A stretch of 54,894 nucleotides of DNA. It comes from Bacteroidales bacterium (GTDB lineage: Bacteria; Bacteroidota; Bacteroidia; Bacteroidales; UBA932). The stretch covers positions 1 through 54,894 of the forward strand of contig JAAZCF010000165.1 of the NCBI GenBank assembly GCA_012513425.1, given 5' to 3'. Positions within the stretch are counted from its first letter, which is position 1; each line of letters starts with the position of its first letter. The notes under the pieces were generated by a model. It ran no database searches and was not told where the DNA came from. It worked only from the letters and a program-made list of their open reading frames with translations. This document shows, in pieces, positions 1-9,191 of the stretch. Made by a program: the position numbers and the translations under genes.

Positions 1-300
1 GTGTAGGCCACTCCCACTCTGGTAACGGAATCGGGTCCCATGCAGGTATTGGAATAGGTTGCCATTCCCATTCAGGTAATGTAGGCCATTCCCATTTAGG
101 GAAAGGTGGCCATTCCCATTTAGGCAGAGGAGGCCAACTAAACTCAGGTAGTGGTGGCCATACAAATTCAAGCGCAAATGGAGGCCAATGCCACGGAGGA
201 TATTCAGGCCATCTAAACTCAGGCCATACGAACTCAGGCCATCTAAACTCAGGCCATTCCAAGTCGAATTCATCATCCAAACCTGATAAGTCTAACTCAT
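1..300 (-). repeat. Degenerate Trp-rich coding repeats inside the tape measure gene
   Basis: The translation reads ...LEWPEFRWPEFVWPEFRWPEYPPWHWPPFALEFVWPPLPEFSWPPLPKWEWPPFPKWEWPTLPEWEWQPIPIPAWDPIPLPEWEWPT. The period is about 8-10 aa. The DNA shows repeated ggccattcccattyagg-type units. Confidence 0.9.
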
Positions 301-2041
301 CTAATTTAGGTAGGTCTATGATAAAGTCTGGGACCTTTATATCTTCTAAATCCTCCATACCATCTAGAAGCTTATCTAAGTCTTTTTCTTCCGGTACCTG
401 GAAAACTTCGTCAAATGCAGCAACGAATTTATCTTTTACTTTCTTACCGCTCTTCTTAGCATCTTCACCAACTTTGATAACATCTTTTGCAACGTCTCTT
501 AAATTATCATCTATTCCACTTACGCTTTCATTGAATTCAGCTGCCCATTCATTAAGGTCCTTTATTTCAGATTGTAGTATATCATCAACATTAAAACCAG
601 CCAAAGAGCTGAGTCGTGCAGTTAATTGGTCTAACCATTTAGTAACTGTTTTAGATGATAAGGCCAAGTGTAGCAACACCGCGGATATTACTAGTACTAC
701 AGCGGTCATTGGATTTCGCGCTAGTGTTAAGAACAACGCTCTAATTGCGCCAGTTAGTAAATTAACCGCTTTTGCAACAGCTGCTGCAACAACACCTAGA
801 CGCATTACCTTCCATAAGAACATTAATGAAGCAGCAGCTGATCTAGCAACTAGCAGTCCAATCAGAGCCGCCGCCAGCCAGCGCAATGGAGCTACTGTAT
901 TAAGAGCAACGTATGCAAGGGTAGATATAACTCTTACTACAGATGCAATAACTGGCATTACAGCTGAAAGTATTTGTATGAAGCTTTTACCAAGTTCAGC
1001 TATAACGGGCGCCAGTGCCTTTTGTATCATTACAAAACTCTTGGCCAGAGATGCTGCGCTACCTACAATAACGCGTATAGGTTGTTGTATCTCAGGAGAG
1101 AACATTTCTTCAACTACTCCACCCAAACCACTTTCAGTCAATATATCACGGGCTTCTTCTAATGTATCTCTCAAAGTACGTAAGAAGTTTTCTAAAGATT
1201 TATATGGAGCTTGGAAGATGGCCTCACCTAAGATAAGCATGTCGTCTTTAATCGTTTCAATCATACCTGGAACAGTGTCAGCTATTCTCTGCGCCGCACC
1301 TTCGTATCTTTGTTGTAGACCTTTTAGTACTGCAGTTACTGCAAGATCACCCGGTACTTTTAGGTCTCCTATATTCATTAGTTGCTCGCCAGTAAGGCCA
1401 AGCTGTTCTTGTAAGATTGTGTAGATAGGTATATTTGCCTCAGCTAATTGTCGTATTTCTTGACCCGCAAGCTTACCGTTGGTTCTTATTTGTGTCAATG
1501 CTAATACAATACGGTCAATTTGATCTGATGTCGCTCCAGTGGCTGATGCCGCATCATTTAATATTTCCATTATAGAGCGTACTTCTTCAGGCTTGAATTG
1601 AGCAGCCATCAACCGTCTAGAAAGGTCCAAGGCTTGTTGCGTACTAAAGGCCGTAGTAGCAGCAAAGTCTTTCATATTAACAATAAAGCCTTGAGCTCTC
1701 TCAGGAGTTCCTAAAAAGTACTCCATTGCTATTTGGGCCCTTTGCATATCATTCATAAATTCTAAAAGCGTGTTAGCAGCGTCCTGAATAGAGTTCGTTA
1801 AATTGTAAAAGGTTTGTGACACAATGATACCACTAACAATACGGCCAACGTCTTTAAAATCACGCTTAAGTTGCTGCGCTGCCCTACTAGTATCATTTAT
1901 TGAACTTGTGGCTTGCTTAAATGTAGATTGAAATTGTTTTCCTATGTCACGCACTTGCTTCAAGGAATCTTGTAGGCCTTTGGCAAATTGCTTATAGTCA
2001 AGCGACAGACGCGCATTTATTTGGCCTGCATTAACTGCCAT
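1..2041 (-). CDS. Tail tape measure protein, N-terminal part (gene split by the window boundary; continues at 53161..54894)
   Basis: The minus frame is open from ATG 2041 (RBS AAAGGAGG about 9 nt upstream) to base 1. The sequence is helical and TM-rich, and it lies between the tail chaperone and distal tail genes. The frame continues in register at the other window end. Confidence 0.85.
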   Translation of the reverse strand, partial: MAVNAGQINARLSLDYKQFAKGLQDSLKQVRDIGKQFQSTFKQATSSINDTSRAAQQLKRDFKDVGRIVSGIIVSQTFYNLTNSIQDAANTLLEFMNDMQRAQIAMEYFLGTPERAQGFIVNMKDFAATTAFSTQQALDLSRRLMAAQFKPEEVRSIMEILNDAASATGATSDQIDRIVLALTQIRTNGKLAGQEIRQLAEANIPIYTILQEQLGLTGEQLMNIGDLKVPGDLAVTAVLKGLQQRYEGAAQRIADTVPGMIETIKDDMLILGEAIFQAPYKSLENFLRTLRDTLEEARDILTESGLGGVVEEMFSPEIQQPIRVIVGSAASLAKSFVMIQKALAPVIAELGKSFIQILSAVMPVIASVVRVISTLAYVALNTVAPLRWLAAALIGLLVARSAAASLMFLWKVMRLGVVAAAVAKAVNLLTGAIRALFLTLARNPMTAVVLVISAVLLHLALSSKTVTKWLDQLTARLSSLAGFNVDDILQSEIKDLNEWAAEFNESVSGIDDNLRDVAKDVIKVGEDAKKSGKKVKDKFVAAFDEVFQVPEEKDLDKLLDGMEDLEDIKVPDFIIDLPKLDELDLSGLDDEFDLEWPEFRWPEFVWPEFRWPEYPPWHWPPFALEFVWPPLPEFSWPPLPKWEWPPFPKWEWPTLPEWEWQPIPIPAWDPIPLPEWEWPT

Positions 2042-2058
2042 TCATCCAAGCCTCCTTT

Positions 2059-2735
2059 CTAGAATATTTGGTCGATGTAAGCTACTCTTGATTTTTCTTT
2101 TGGCTTATAGTTTGAGTCATTAAGCCTCATGTGCACACGAGTTAAAGCATTGAACTTGCGAGGTGTCATACGCCAGAACTCTCTTTCTGAACGTTTTAAT
2201 ATCACTGTACCTACGTACAATAATAAAGGCCAATCCCACGAGTCTTCTACAGGCATCGCCTCATCAACGAGGCGCTCTACGCGTTTTTTGATTCAGCTTC
2301 TCCTTTTAATGCTTGAGAAAGTTCTTTTACATCAATTCCATGTTCTGCAAGCTTAGCTTTAACACTTTCTGGCATGTCTTCTGGGTCTGGCATTCCGCCG
2401 CCCATCGCTGCAGCTAACTTTTGGCTAGCTTCTTGAATCATCTTCGGACTTTTCAACCAGCTACCAACTTGGTATGGTGTAATATTATAACGAATTGGTT
2501 CACCAGTTACTTCATCAAATTCAGCTACTTCATCGTGAATTAAAGCAGCCCATAAAATTTTTCTAATATCAGAAATACGTCCTTCAGTAAGCTGGTCCAT
2601 TGCTTTTTCTACAGAGCCAAACATTTTTTCTAATTCAGCAAAAGCGTTCATATCAAATTGGAATATACGTTCTCTATCACCTAAAAACATAGTCACTGCA
2701 TCAGCATATTGTTTCACATCTTTTACATCTGCCAT
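2059..2735 (-). CDS. Tail assembly chaperone G-T fusion made by a -1 programmed frameshift
   Basis: The G ORF ends ...GAA TCA AAA AAC GCG TAG. The -1 frame is open from the slip site and reads KKRVERLVDEAMPVEDSWDW... to the stop at 2059. The pair sits directly upstream of the tape measure gene, as expected. Confidence 0.75.
2277..2735 (-). CDS. Tail assembly chaperone (G-like product)
   Basis: 152-aa acidic ORF between the major tail protein and the tape measure gene. RBS GGAGGAGG lies upstream of ATG 2735. Confidence 0.75.
   Translation of the reverse strand: MADVKDVKQYADAVTMFLGDRERIFQFDMNAFAELEKMFGSVEKAMDQLTEGRISDIRKILWAALIHDEVAEFDEVTGEPIRYNITPYQVGSWLKSPKMIQEASQKLAAAMGGGMPDPEDMPESVKAKLAEHGIDVKELSQALKGEAESKNA
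2283..2289 (-). promoter_or_regulatory. Slippery heptamer A_AAA_AAC for the -1 frameshift
   Basis: Plus strand gtttttt is AAAAAAC on the coding strand. In the zero frame it reads (TC)A AAA AAC, three codons before the G stop. Confidence 0.7.
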
Positions 2736-2807
2736 ATTTATCCTCCTCCAATTTATTAAAATACACTATGGCGTTTATACGCCATAGCATCAAATAATCT
2801 AATGATA

Positions 2808-3395
2808 TTAAGGACCACTAACAGCGGCGCCATAGGGGTTATTAAACCAATTCGCAGCCATATCAGGTGTGAAGTTTTCATCATCTTCGTCAATGTGACG
2901 CTCCCATTCATCGTCGCATTCCCGCTTAACGAATGAGCCAGCAATAGTTGGCGTTTGGAATTCAACAGACTCACCTTTTGTTTGGTTGTTTTGCTCAGGA
3001 ATACCAAATCTACCCTTGGCTAACCAAGTATAACGGTACTTACCATTAGACTTAAGTGACTTAAATCCAATAGCAACCCACGGAGGAACGTCTCCTCCTT
3101 TACGGATTAATACGCCGTCTTCATATGTGTGCCCCAACAACTCTGCTTGTACATCAAGAGGTAAGTCAGCAACGTTTAATTCAACTTCAATTTGACCAAT
3201 AGTAGTAGCTGTTTCATACGGGCCATCATCTGCGAATAAAGTCTCTGAAGATGTGTTAGCATTAATATTTACAGAAATAGCTCCTGCAATTAATTTAGGT
3301 GTCTCATAAGTGGCTTGACCTTGACCGAACGGTGGGTCTGTAATCAACTTAGCATAAACCAAGTTGCTTAAACCAATAATTGTACCTTTACTCAT
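2808..3395 (-). CDS. Major tail protein (phi13-like family)
   Basis: 195 aa with N-terminus MSKGTIIGLSNLVYAKL. It lies just upstream of the chaperone pair and has a strong RBS AAGGAGG. Confidence 0.75.
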   Translation of the reverse strand: MSKGTIIGLSNLVYAKLITDPPFGQGQATYETPKLIAGAISVNINANTSSETLFADDGPYETATTIGQIEVELNVADLPLDVQAELLGHTYEDGVLIRKGGDVPPWVAIGFKSLKSNGKYRYTWLAKGRFGIPEQNNQTKGESVEFQTPTIAGSFVKRECDDEWERHIDEDDENFTPDMAANWFNNPYGAAVSGP

Positions 3396-3409
3396 ACAAA
3401 CAAACCTCC

Positions 3410-3787
3410 TTAATCTTCATACGTTGTAGTTATAACATTGAAACAATAATATATTCTATCTTTATCGTCAGCTTTCAATTTGAATGGCGGTTCTTTCAAA
3501 TACATTGTAGTCCACCTTTCAGAAGTAAGATAAAGAATAGAGTCATCTGTTTTTAATAAGCTATAAAGCTGTCTAGCTAGCACTTTTGCAGCGGTTGCGG
3601 ATTTGTCTCTAACTACAATCTGTACCGGACGGGTTGCACCATCAATCTGTAAAAAATCTCTTGAGCCCTGATATTCATATAGAGCAATTACACTGTCTGG
3701 ACTGTCAGGCATGGTATCCCTAAAAATTGGAATGTTTACATTTTTAGATTTGAAGTAGCTTTCGAAGTCCTGTAGTAAATCAGCCAT
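3410..3787 (-). CDS. Neck / tail terminator-position protein
   Basis: 125-aa ORF immediately upstream of the major tail gene. Called by position only. Confidence 0.45.
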   Translation of the reverse strand: MADLLQDFESYFKSKNVNIPIFRDTMPDSPDSVIALYEYQGSRDFLQIDGATRPVQIVVRDKSATAAKVLARQLYSLLKTDDSILYLTSERWTTMYLKEPPFKLKADDKDRIYYCFNVITTTYED

Positions 3788-3798
3788 GCCTCCACCTC

Positions 3799-4224
3799 CT
3801 ACATACCAGTCTCTTTGCGAATTGCTCTAGCATAAGTTTGCCGCATCTTACGCTGATACTCTCTAACAGGGTCTTCAAGAAACTTGGCTTTACCTACAGG
3901 ATGGTGCGCTTGTAAGTCCTCATGCACCACAACCATATAATCTGACGCAGGCCTGCCTGTTTTTGGATTTATCGGATCCCCGTTACCTCCATAACCTATA
4001 GTAGCCGTAAAGTTTCTATATTTACCGTGTATTTCATAAAAGGCACTTTTAGCGAGTGTATTTGTGTCCTTAGGTACTTGCCGTAGACTTTCTGCTAATA
4101 TTTCCTCACAGGCTTGCCTTGTGGCCTTTTTTGTACCACGTTCTACCTTGCTTAATAAAACCTCTAATGACTTAGAAAACTTAGAATATTCAATATTGAA
4201 TGCAGCCCTACCACCTCTAGCCAT
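3799..4224 (-). CDS. HK97 gp10-like head-tail joining protein
   Basis: Start taken at MARGGRAAF (ATG 4224, overlapping the upstream TAA). Called from gene order and gp10-like size. Confidence 0.5.
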   Translation of the reverse strand: MARGGRAAFNIEYSKFSKSLEVLLSKVERGTKKATRQACEEILAESLRQVPKDTNTLAKSAFYEIHGKYRNFTATIGYGGNGDPINPKTGRPASDYMVVVHEDLQAHHPVGKAKFLEDPVREYQRKMRQTYARAIRKETGM

Positions 4225-4541
4225 TAAACATTCACCACCCATAACACGCAAGTACCATCTAGTTCTCTTATGGCACTTACAGCTTTTATAGGATATTCAG
4301 TGCCGAAGTATACCAGCAGGTCATATGGCGTTATATCGATGTCACTCTCAACATAGAAAGTGATATTTGATAATACTTTTTGTCCATTATTATCAAGTAT
4401 CTCAGTGATTTTCTCTTCTGCATAACAAGTAGTTTCTACTGGATTGCCATATGTCTTATCTCCGGCACCGTCCATACCTAAATAAGGTATAACAGTAATT
4501 GGTATACGAAGAATTTCTCTAAACCGTTTAGTCATTATCAT
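4224..4541 (-). CDS. Head closure / head-tail adaptor-position protein
   Basis: Start trimmed to MIMTKRF (4541 or 4535), which overlaps the upstream stop. The longer tracked form would overlap the upstream gene by 140 nt. Confidence 0.45.
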   Translation of the reverse strand: MIMTKRFREILRIPITVIPYLGMDGAGDKTYGNPVETTCYAEEKITEILDNNGQKVLSNITFYVESDIDITPYDLLVYFGTEYPIKAVSAIRELDGTCVLWVVNV

Positions 4542-4890
4542 GCATTCCTTTATAAAATATAGGAGGTGAAATCTTAGGAGCTTTAAAACTAGGGGTAGAT
4601 ATACGCATTTTGTAATATTCTGCTTTTTGTTTAAAATACTGTAATCTTTCAGTCGGGTCCTCTTCAATAGGACCTACAGTACGCTTTATCTTTCGTGCAA
4701 AATAATCTGCTGCACGGTCATATAATTGATAAAGACGCATATTATGATTAGGATGCTCAGAGATGATAAACTCAATCTCTTCATCTTGTAGAATAGGGTC
4801 ATCTACATTAGTATCGCCTATAAGAAAACGATACTTATCCTTTTCAGAAGTCTTTGGATCACCTGAATAAGACCAGGCCATACATATCAC
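4528..4890 (-). CDS. Head-tail connector-position protein
   Basis: 120-aa ORF downstream of the capsid module. Called by position only. Confidence 0.4.
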   Translation of the reverse strand: MICMAWSYSGDPKTSEKDKYRFLIGDTNVDDPILQDEEIEFIISEHPNHNMRLYQLYDRAADYFARKIKRTVGPIEEDPTERLQYFKQKAEYYKMRISTPSFKAPKISPPIFYKGMHDND

Positions 4891-5286
4891 CTACTTTACT
4901 GTAGGGTTTGGCTTCGTCGCCACTGGTTTATAAACTGACTTAGTAGTGGCAGACTTAACTACAGTCTTTGTTTGTGCTTGAGGTTTTGCTGTTGGTTTGG
5001 CTTTAGTTTTATCGAGGGCGGCTCTCAGTATTTCATAAGAATTTTCAACGCCCCGTCTGTATTTAAGGTAGGTGGCAACGCGCTCGATGTTGTGCTCATC
5101 AACTTCGACAATCTTGCCTTCTCCTACCTTAGATTTATACAAAGGGATTACTGCAGGGTCTTCAATAATTGTCCCTGCAGAGTATACTTTTCCGCGAGTT
5201 TTAAAGGGGCGTCTTACTACCTTAACCGACAATATCTTTGAAGAAGACACCAAGGTCCTGAGCAATGACCTTAGCGTCGAAAGCAA
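4891..5286 (-). CDS. Hypothetical head-associated protein with a Lys/Thr/Pro-rich tail (start uncertain)
   Basis: The ORF follows the capsid gene. ATG 5286 overlaps the capsid gene by 65 nt and there is no internal Met. The C-terminus reads KTKAKPTAKPQAQTKTVVKSATTK... Confidence 0.4.
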   Translation of the reverse strand: MLSTLRSLLRTLVSSSKILSVKVVRRPFKTRGKVYSAGTIIEDPAVIPLYKSKVGEGKIVEVDEHNIERVATYLKYRRGVENSYEILRAALDKTKAKPTAKPQAQTKTVVKSATTKSVYKPVATKPNPTVK

Positions 5287-6199
5287 TCTCGCCCTCGATA
5301 CGCTCTGTACCTATTCCAAGCATATCCATAGGTAAGCGTACGATACGGTTACCATACGCCCCAGCACCTTTTAAACCTGTCCAAGCAAAGATATAACCAG
5401 CTGACGGCTTTTTGATTGCAGGACGAGGGTTCACATAACACAATAGCATGTGTTTACCCATTACATAACCGATATTATCTTCAGCGCCTTGGTTAGCTGT
5501 GTTAACTACAGCCCAAGCCACATAGACATTTTCAACTTCAAACAATGTAGCAAGTAAGTCTGCTGTTACAATTCCTCTTTGAGTATACTTAATGCGGTCA
5601 AGAATATCTTCATGATTTTTCAACGCATAGAATACAGCAGGTGACATTACGATAGTATTTGGTCTAAATCCAGTTTTACCTGCTATTTCTACAATTTGTT
5701 GAGAGATTACACCTATTGGATCAGATCCAATTTTATCAAATTGTAGAACTTGTCCCGTACTAGGGTTAGAATCAACCCCTTCTATTTCAGTAGACCAAAC
5801 ACCAGGACGGAAGAATTTTTCTGCCCATACAACTTCGCGACGGATTAACATTTTTTGAGTTACGAAGTCTGTAGCATCTTGGTCAGCATCTAATGGGTCA
5901 TCGTAATTTGCGCGGTCTTGTTCCGTAACATCTTTGTGGAACGCGTGCACCTTGCAGTAGTATGGGTCAGAAGCTTCAACGCCATAGTCACCGCCTACAG
6001 ACTCGCTAGCTCCAGCACGTACGCGAGCCTCATCACGGAAGAAGTCACCCTTATTGTACACGAAGTAAACATCAGATTGTTTCTTTACCGGAATAATCGG
6101 GAATACTTTATCAGCAATAAAGTTAGATTCTTCTTGTATATATGCAACTGAAATATTAGTTAGTGCCTTATCAATATGTGCTTGAGTTTTAGTAGGCAT
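5222..6199 (-). CDS. Major capsid protein (lambda E-like family)
   Basis: 325 aa with RBS AAAGGAG. It is preceded by protease, scaffold and decoration genes, and its size and N-terminus resemble the capsid-E family. Confidence 0.8.
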   Translation of the reverse strand: MPTKTQAHIDKALTNISVAYIQEESNFIADKVFPIIPVKKQSDVYFVYNKGDFFRDEARVRAGASESVGGDYGVEASDPYYCKVHAFHKDVTEQDRANYDDPLDADQDATDFVTQKMLIRREVVWAEKFFRPGVWSTEIEGVDSNPSTGQVLQFDKIGSDPIGVISQQIVEIAGKTGFRPNTIVMSPAVFYALKNHEDILDRIKYTQRGIVTADLLATLFEVENVYVAWAVVNTANQGAEDNIGYVMGKHMLLCYVNPRPAIKKPSAGYIFAWTGLKGAGAYGNRIVRLPMDMLGIGTERIEGEIAFDAKVIAQDLGVFFKDIVG

Positions 6200-6222
6200 C
6201 TAATACATCTCCTTTCACTACA

Positions 6223-6561
6223 TTATAATTTTACAGAGACTAACTCTCCTGCGGCAGATGTAGATGTTAAAGCGCAGCCAGCTTTCCTACCGGAAGATAT
6301 AGGAACCGCACGTCCTTGGTCATCAGACTCAACGTCAGTACCTGCTTGTATAGCATCGCCAGCTTCTACCATTACAATACCGTCGTAAATCTCTGCAACT
6401 TCACCTGCGCTAGCCGGTTGAGAAGAAACACCAATAACAGAATCACCAGCGCCGGCCTGTACAATCTGTTCTGAGCTGTTGACTTTTACAAATCGACGAC
6501 GAGCAATATTGCCGCCCGCTTCACCGCTGAATCTTAAGTTAGGAATTTCATATGCAGCCAT
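6223..6561 (-). CDS. Head decoration / cement-like protein (DUF2190-like)
   Basis: 112-aa Gly/Ala-rich ORF directly upstream of the capsid gene, mirroring the D-E arrangement. Confidence 0.45.
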   Translation of the reverse strand: MAAYEIPNLRFSGEAGGNIARRRFVKVNSSEQIVQAGAGDSVIGVSSQPASAGEVAEIYDGIVMVEAGDAIQAGTDVESDDQGRAVPISSGRKAGCALTSTSAAGELVSVKL

Positions 6562-7328
6562 TAGTTAGCGCCTCCTTTCAAGTATTCACGGTAGAGGTCT
6601 GGATGACGTTTGATAACGAGAGAAATAGCTTTGGCTTTAGAAACGTTTTCTTGAGCAACAATTTCTTCAGCCTTCTTTTCAATTTGTTGCCAAGCTTCAT
6701 CACTAGTAGACGGGTTGTTAGTTCTGGACTTACCGATTTCATCAAGTAGCCCAGCGTCCTCAAGTGCCTTATTCGCTGCTTTTAAGATTTCATACACTTC
6801 AGGTGTAATACCTTTAATTACTTCTACAAGTTTAGTCTCTTCTACAGGAAGAGCTTTAAGTTCTTTAGCCTTAGCAAGCGCTTCTTGAGTACGTTTTTCC
6901 TCAGCAGCTTGACGAGCTAATTCTTCTGCAGCTTCCTTTTGAGCTTTCAAAGATTTGAACACCTCTTGTACAGCTGGGTCCAAACTTTTGATAACCTCTT
7001 CGAAATCAGGCTGCTGATTTTCATTCTTGCTTTTCTTAACATTTTCAAGCTCTTCAGTAGCAGCTTTGTAGTCTGCTTTTGCTTTTTCGAGGTCTTCTGT
7101 CATAGCTTGTAGTTTTTGCTCAGCCTCATCAGCAGCTTGCTTAACTTTTGCAAGCTCATCTTGAATAACCTTGGCATGCTCAGGCTTCATCTTCGCCAAA
7201 ATTTCTTCTAATGTCATATTAGGCTCCTGCTCCTTTCTTTTATAAAGTTTTATGAAAGCGGCTGAATTGGCACCTTCATCAACCAGATCTACTCTGTCGA
7301 CTTCAAGGTCAATAATGAAGTTAGGCAT
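6561..7328 (-). CDS. Scaffolding protein
   Basis: About 255 aa, strongly Glu/Lys/Ala-rich and predicted coiled coil. It lies between the protease-like gene and the capsid gene, with ATG 7328 after RBS AGGGGG. Confidence 0.65.
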   Translation of the reverse strand: MPNFIIDLEVDRVDLVDEGANSAAFIKLYKRKEQEPNMTLEEILAKMKPEHAKVIQDELAKVKQAADEAEQKLQAMTEDLEKAKADYKAATEELENVKKSKNENQQPDFEEVIKSLDPAVQEVFKSLKAQKEAAEELARQAAEEKRTQEALAKAKELKALPVEETKLVEVIKGITPEVYEILKAANKALEDAGLLDEIGKSRTNNPSTSDEAWQQIEKKAEEIVAQENVSKAKAISLVIKRHPDLYREYLKGGAN

Positions 7329-7340
7329 CACTTATACCCC

Positions 7341-7357
7341 CTAATTATATTATACGC
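7341..7357 (-). promoter_or_regulatory. Promoter-like block GCGTATAATATAATTAG
   Basis: TATAAT lies at 7349..7354 on the minus strand, with TTATGT 17 nt upstream. The same 17-mer recurs at 11800..11816 and 17108..17124. Confidence 0.4.
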
Positions 7358-7385
7358 TGTTAGCTATTCAGACATAACACAATTG

Positions 7386-7805
7386 TTACATATCAAGTTT
7401 AATTCGTTTGGCTTTACCTTGTATTGAGAACATTTTGTATTGGCCAGATTTGATTTTATCTACAACATCGTCGTCTGGAATATAAAATCCTACCCACCAG
7501 CCTTCAGGTAAGATACCTTCTGGAATACCCATAGCTTGCATCTTTTGCTTAGTAAACATACAGCTTTCAACAAGGTAACCCACAGCTTCACCTTGGTGCA
7601 TCTCACCTGTAGTTCTGTACTTAAGAACATATTGATAAGCCGCTTTCTCTAACACTTCAGGAGCCGTGATGTCACCCTGCCAGTCTAGTGGGGTGCTACC
7701 GTCTGCATTAATAGAAACGTTTGCCCAACCAAATACTAAGTGTTGTTCATCATTCATTTTTGAAATGTCTACTTCAAACGGCACTTCATCTTTATAAACA
7801 GACAT
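7386..7805 (-). CDS. XkdF-like putative prohead serine protease domain protein
   Basis: 139 aa with FGWANV...D..GD...HQGEAVGYLVES...GWWVGFYIPDDDVVDKIKSGQYKMFSIQG, a pattern typical of the XkdF family. It lies between portal and scaffold. Confidence 0.55.
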   Translation of the reverse strand: MSVYKDEVPFEVDISKMNDEQHLVFGWANVSINADGSTPLDWQGDITAPEVLEKAAYQYVLKYRTTGEMHQGEAVGYLVESCMFTKQKMQAMGIPEGILPEGWWVGFYIPDDDVVDKIKSGQYKMFSIQGKAKRIKLDM

Positions 7806-7817
7806 GTAAATCCCTCC

Positions 7818-9191
7818 TTATAGTTCTTGACCGGTATAAGCAAGGTCATTTTGTTCAAAGTCATTTTCTACAGTATCATCAAACTGGTCTTTAGGCTTGT
7901 TTGATTGGTTATTAACCCTAGCTTGCGGCTTGTAGACTTCTTCGAACGTTTTTTCATCCATCTGAGGTAAATCCGCAATCTTACGCAGATAGTTCATCAG
8001 TGGCATATCGTTCGAAATATCTACACCCATAGCACGTAGAAGTAATGCAATTTCTTTGAGACTTGGAGTTTCAATTTGTCCAGGTACAATTCTTGGATAA
8101 TCTACTAAACCTCTGAATGTATTTAGCTGGAATAGCTTCGGCACCGCGTATTTGTTGAATACCTCAGCAATACTGGCCAGCTGTGCCTCTAAAGCCGAAG
8201 ATAACAAGGATTGCTTCGTGCTCGCCATTGCAAATGAACCTGTTTTTTCACTACCAATCAATATTAGGTCAGAAAGCATAGTAATAGCAATACGGTTGTC
8301 ATAACGGTTAATAATTGCATTTGTATCAAATTGTCTAGCAGAACCTGTACTTAATAGTTTCAGTTCCCATCCATGTGGGAGCAGCACACCTTCCTCGCTA
8401 TCGCGTCGAATACTACGCACGAGCTCTTCAGCATTCTTCCGCAGCGCCGCCATGCGTTCATCTTCGCTATTCCATAAATCCAAGCCGTCAGGTGCCTGAA
8501 GAACAGGCAGACCTGCAAGGTCACGCTCAATACCAATACCTTCAATCTCTTCGATACGCTTTTTAAAATACCAAGGTCTATATGCATTACGTAGAAGTGA
8601 TTTACCTTCTGGGTTGTCACGTTGTACACTAGTACGGAATAGTAGTCCCTTTGACAATGGGATTACAACTTTCTTATAGTCAGGTGGAGCTATTTGAACG
8701 AATCCTTTAATGTCTCCATCTTCATCGAAAATCCACTCATGTAATGAAGTCTGAGCACGTACAGGGATTCGGCGCCAACCGATACGACCATCAGTATATT
8801 TACTGCGGAATCTACCATCCGTCTCATTAGGTCCTCTACGTACTTTGTAGACAATCTCATGGAAGCTGAATCCATAAGTCAACACGGACAAAATCTCACA
8901 AATCGTATCCGCCCAAGAGGTATCCATGTCATGCATGCAGCTCTCAAGAAACTCTGCTGCTTGTTTATCTACACGCCTATCGCCAGCTGCCTCAACACTC
9001 CAGTCAGCGTTGCGAATCATCATCTCAGCTAGGTACAAGATAGAGCCGATAACTGGGTCATTATTTGCCATCTCTTGATAAACTTTACCGGCTCTTGGCC
9101 AACGTAGATCTGATATGAACTCTTCGTATACATACCCACCATAGCGTCTAAGACCAGAGACACCTAGCTGCTTATAGTTAATATCAGACAT
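7818..9191 (-). CDS. Portal protein
   Basis: About 457-aa ORF directly downstream of large terminase. ATG 9191 follows RBS GGAGGTGA and overlaps the TerL stop. Confidence 0.75.
   Translation of the reverse strand: MSDINYKQLGVSGLRRYGGYVYEEFISDLRWPRAGKVYQEMANNDPVIGSILYLAEMMIRNADWSVEAAGDRRVDKQAAEFLESCMHDMDTSWADTICEILSVLTYGFSFHEIVYKVRRGPNETDGRFRSKYTDGRIGWRRIPVRAQTSLHEWIFDEDGDIKGFVQIAPPDYKKVVIPLSKGLLFRTSVQRDNPEGKSLLRNAYRPWYFKKRIEEIEGIGIERDLAGLPVLQAPDGLDLWNSEDERMAALRKNAEELVRSIRRDSEEGVLLPHGWELKLLSTGSARQFDTNAIINRYDNRIAITMLSDLILIGSEKTGSFAMASTKQSLLSSALEAQLASIAEVFNKYAVPKLFQLNTFRGLVDYPRIVPGQIETPSLKEIALLLRAMGVDISNDMPLMNYLRKIADLPQMDEKTFEEVYKPQARVNNQSNKPKDQFDDTVENDFEQNDLAYTGQEL

Noticed and set aside
318-1424. 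368-aa plus-strand ORF, the largest ORF near the window start
   Set aside because: It lies antisense to the uninterrupted tape measure frame. It is Ser/Ala/Thr-rich and low complexity, has no RBS, and every neighbouring gene is on the minus strand. The same reasoning applies to 52172..52771, 53417..53806, 54014..54607, 9811..10281, 36826..37266 and the other nested antisense ORFs in the track.
4224-4667. Long forms of several tracked ORFs (4224..4667, 3799..4251, 18257..18517, 19588..19887, 19939..20217, 29765..30211, 38459..38875, 39613..40257, 47927..48277, 51427..52860)
   Set aside because: The N-terminal extensions overlap the upstream gene by 30-140 nt. Internal ATGs with good RBSs, or ATGA/TAATG coupling, give compact non-overlapping genes.
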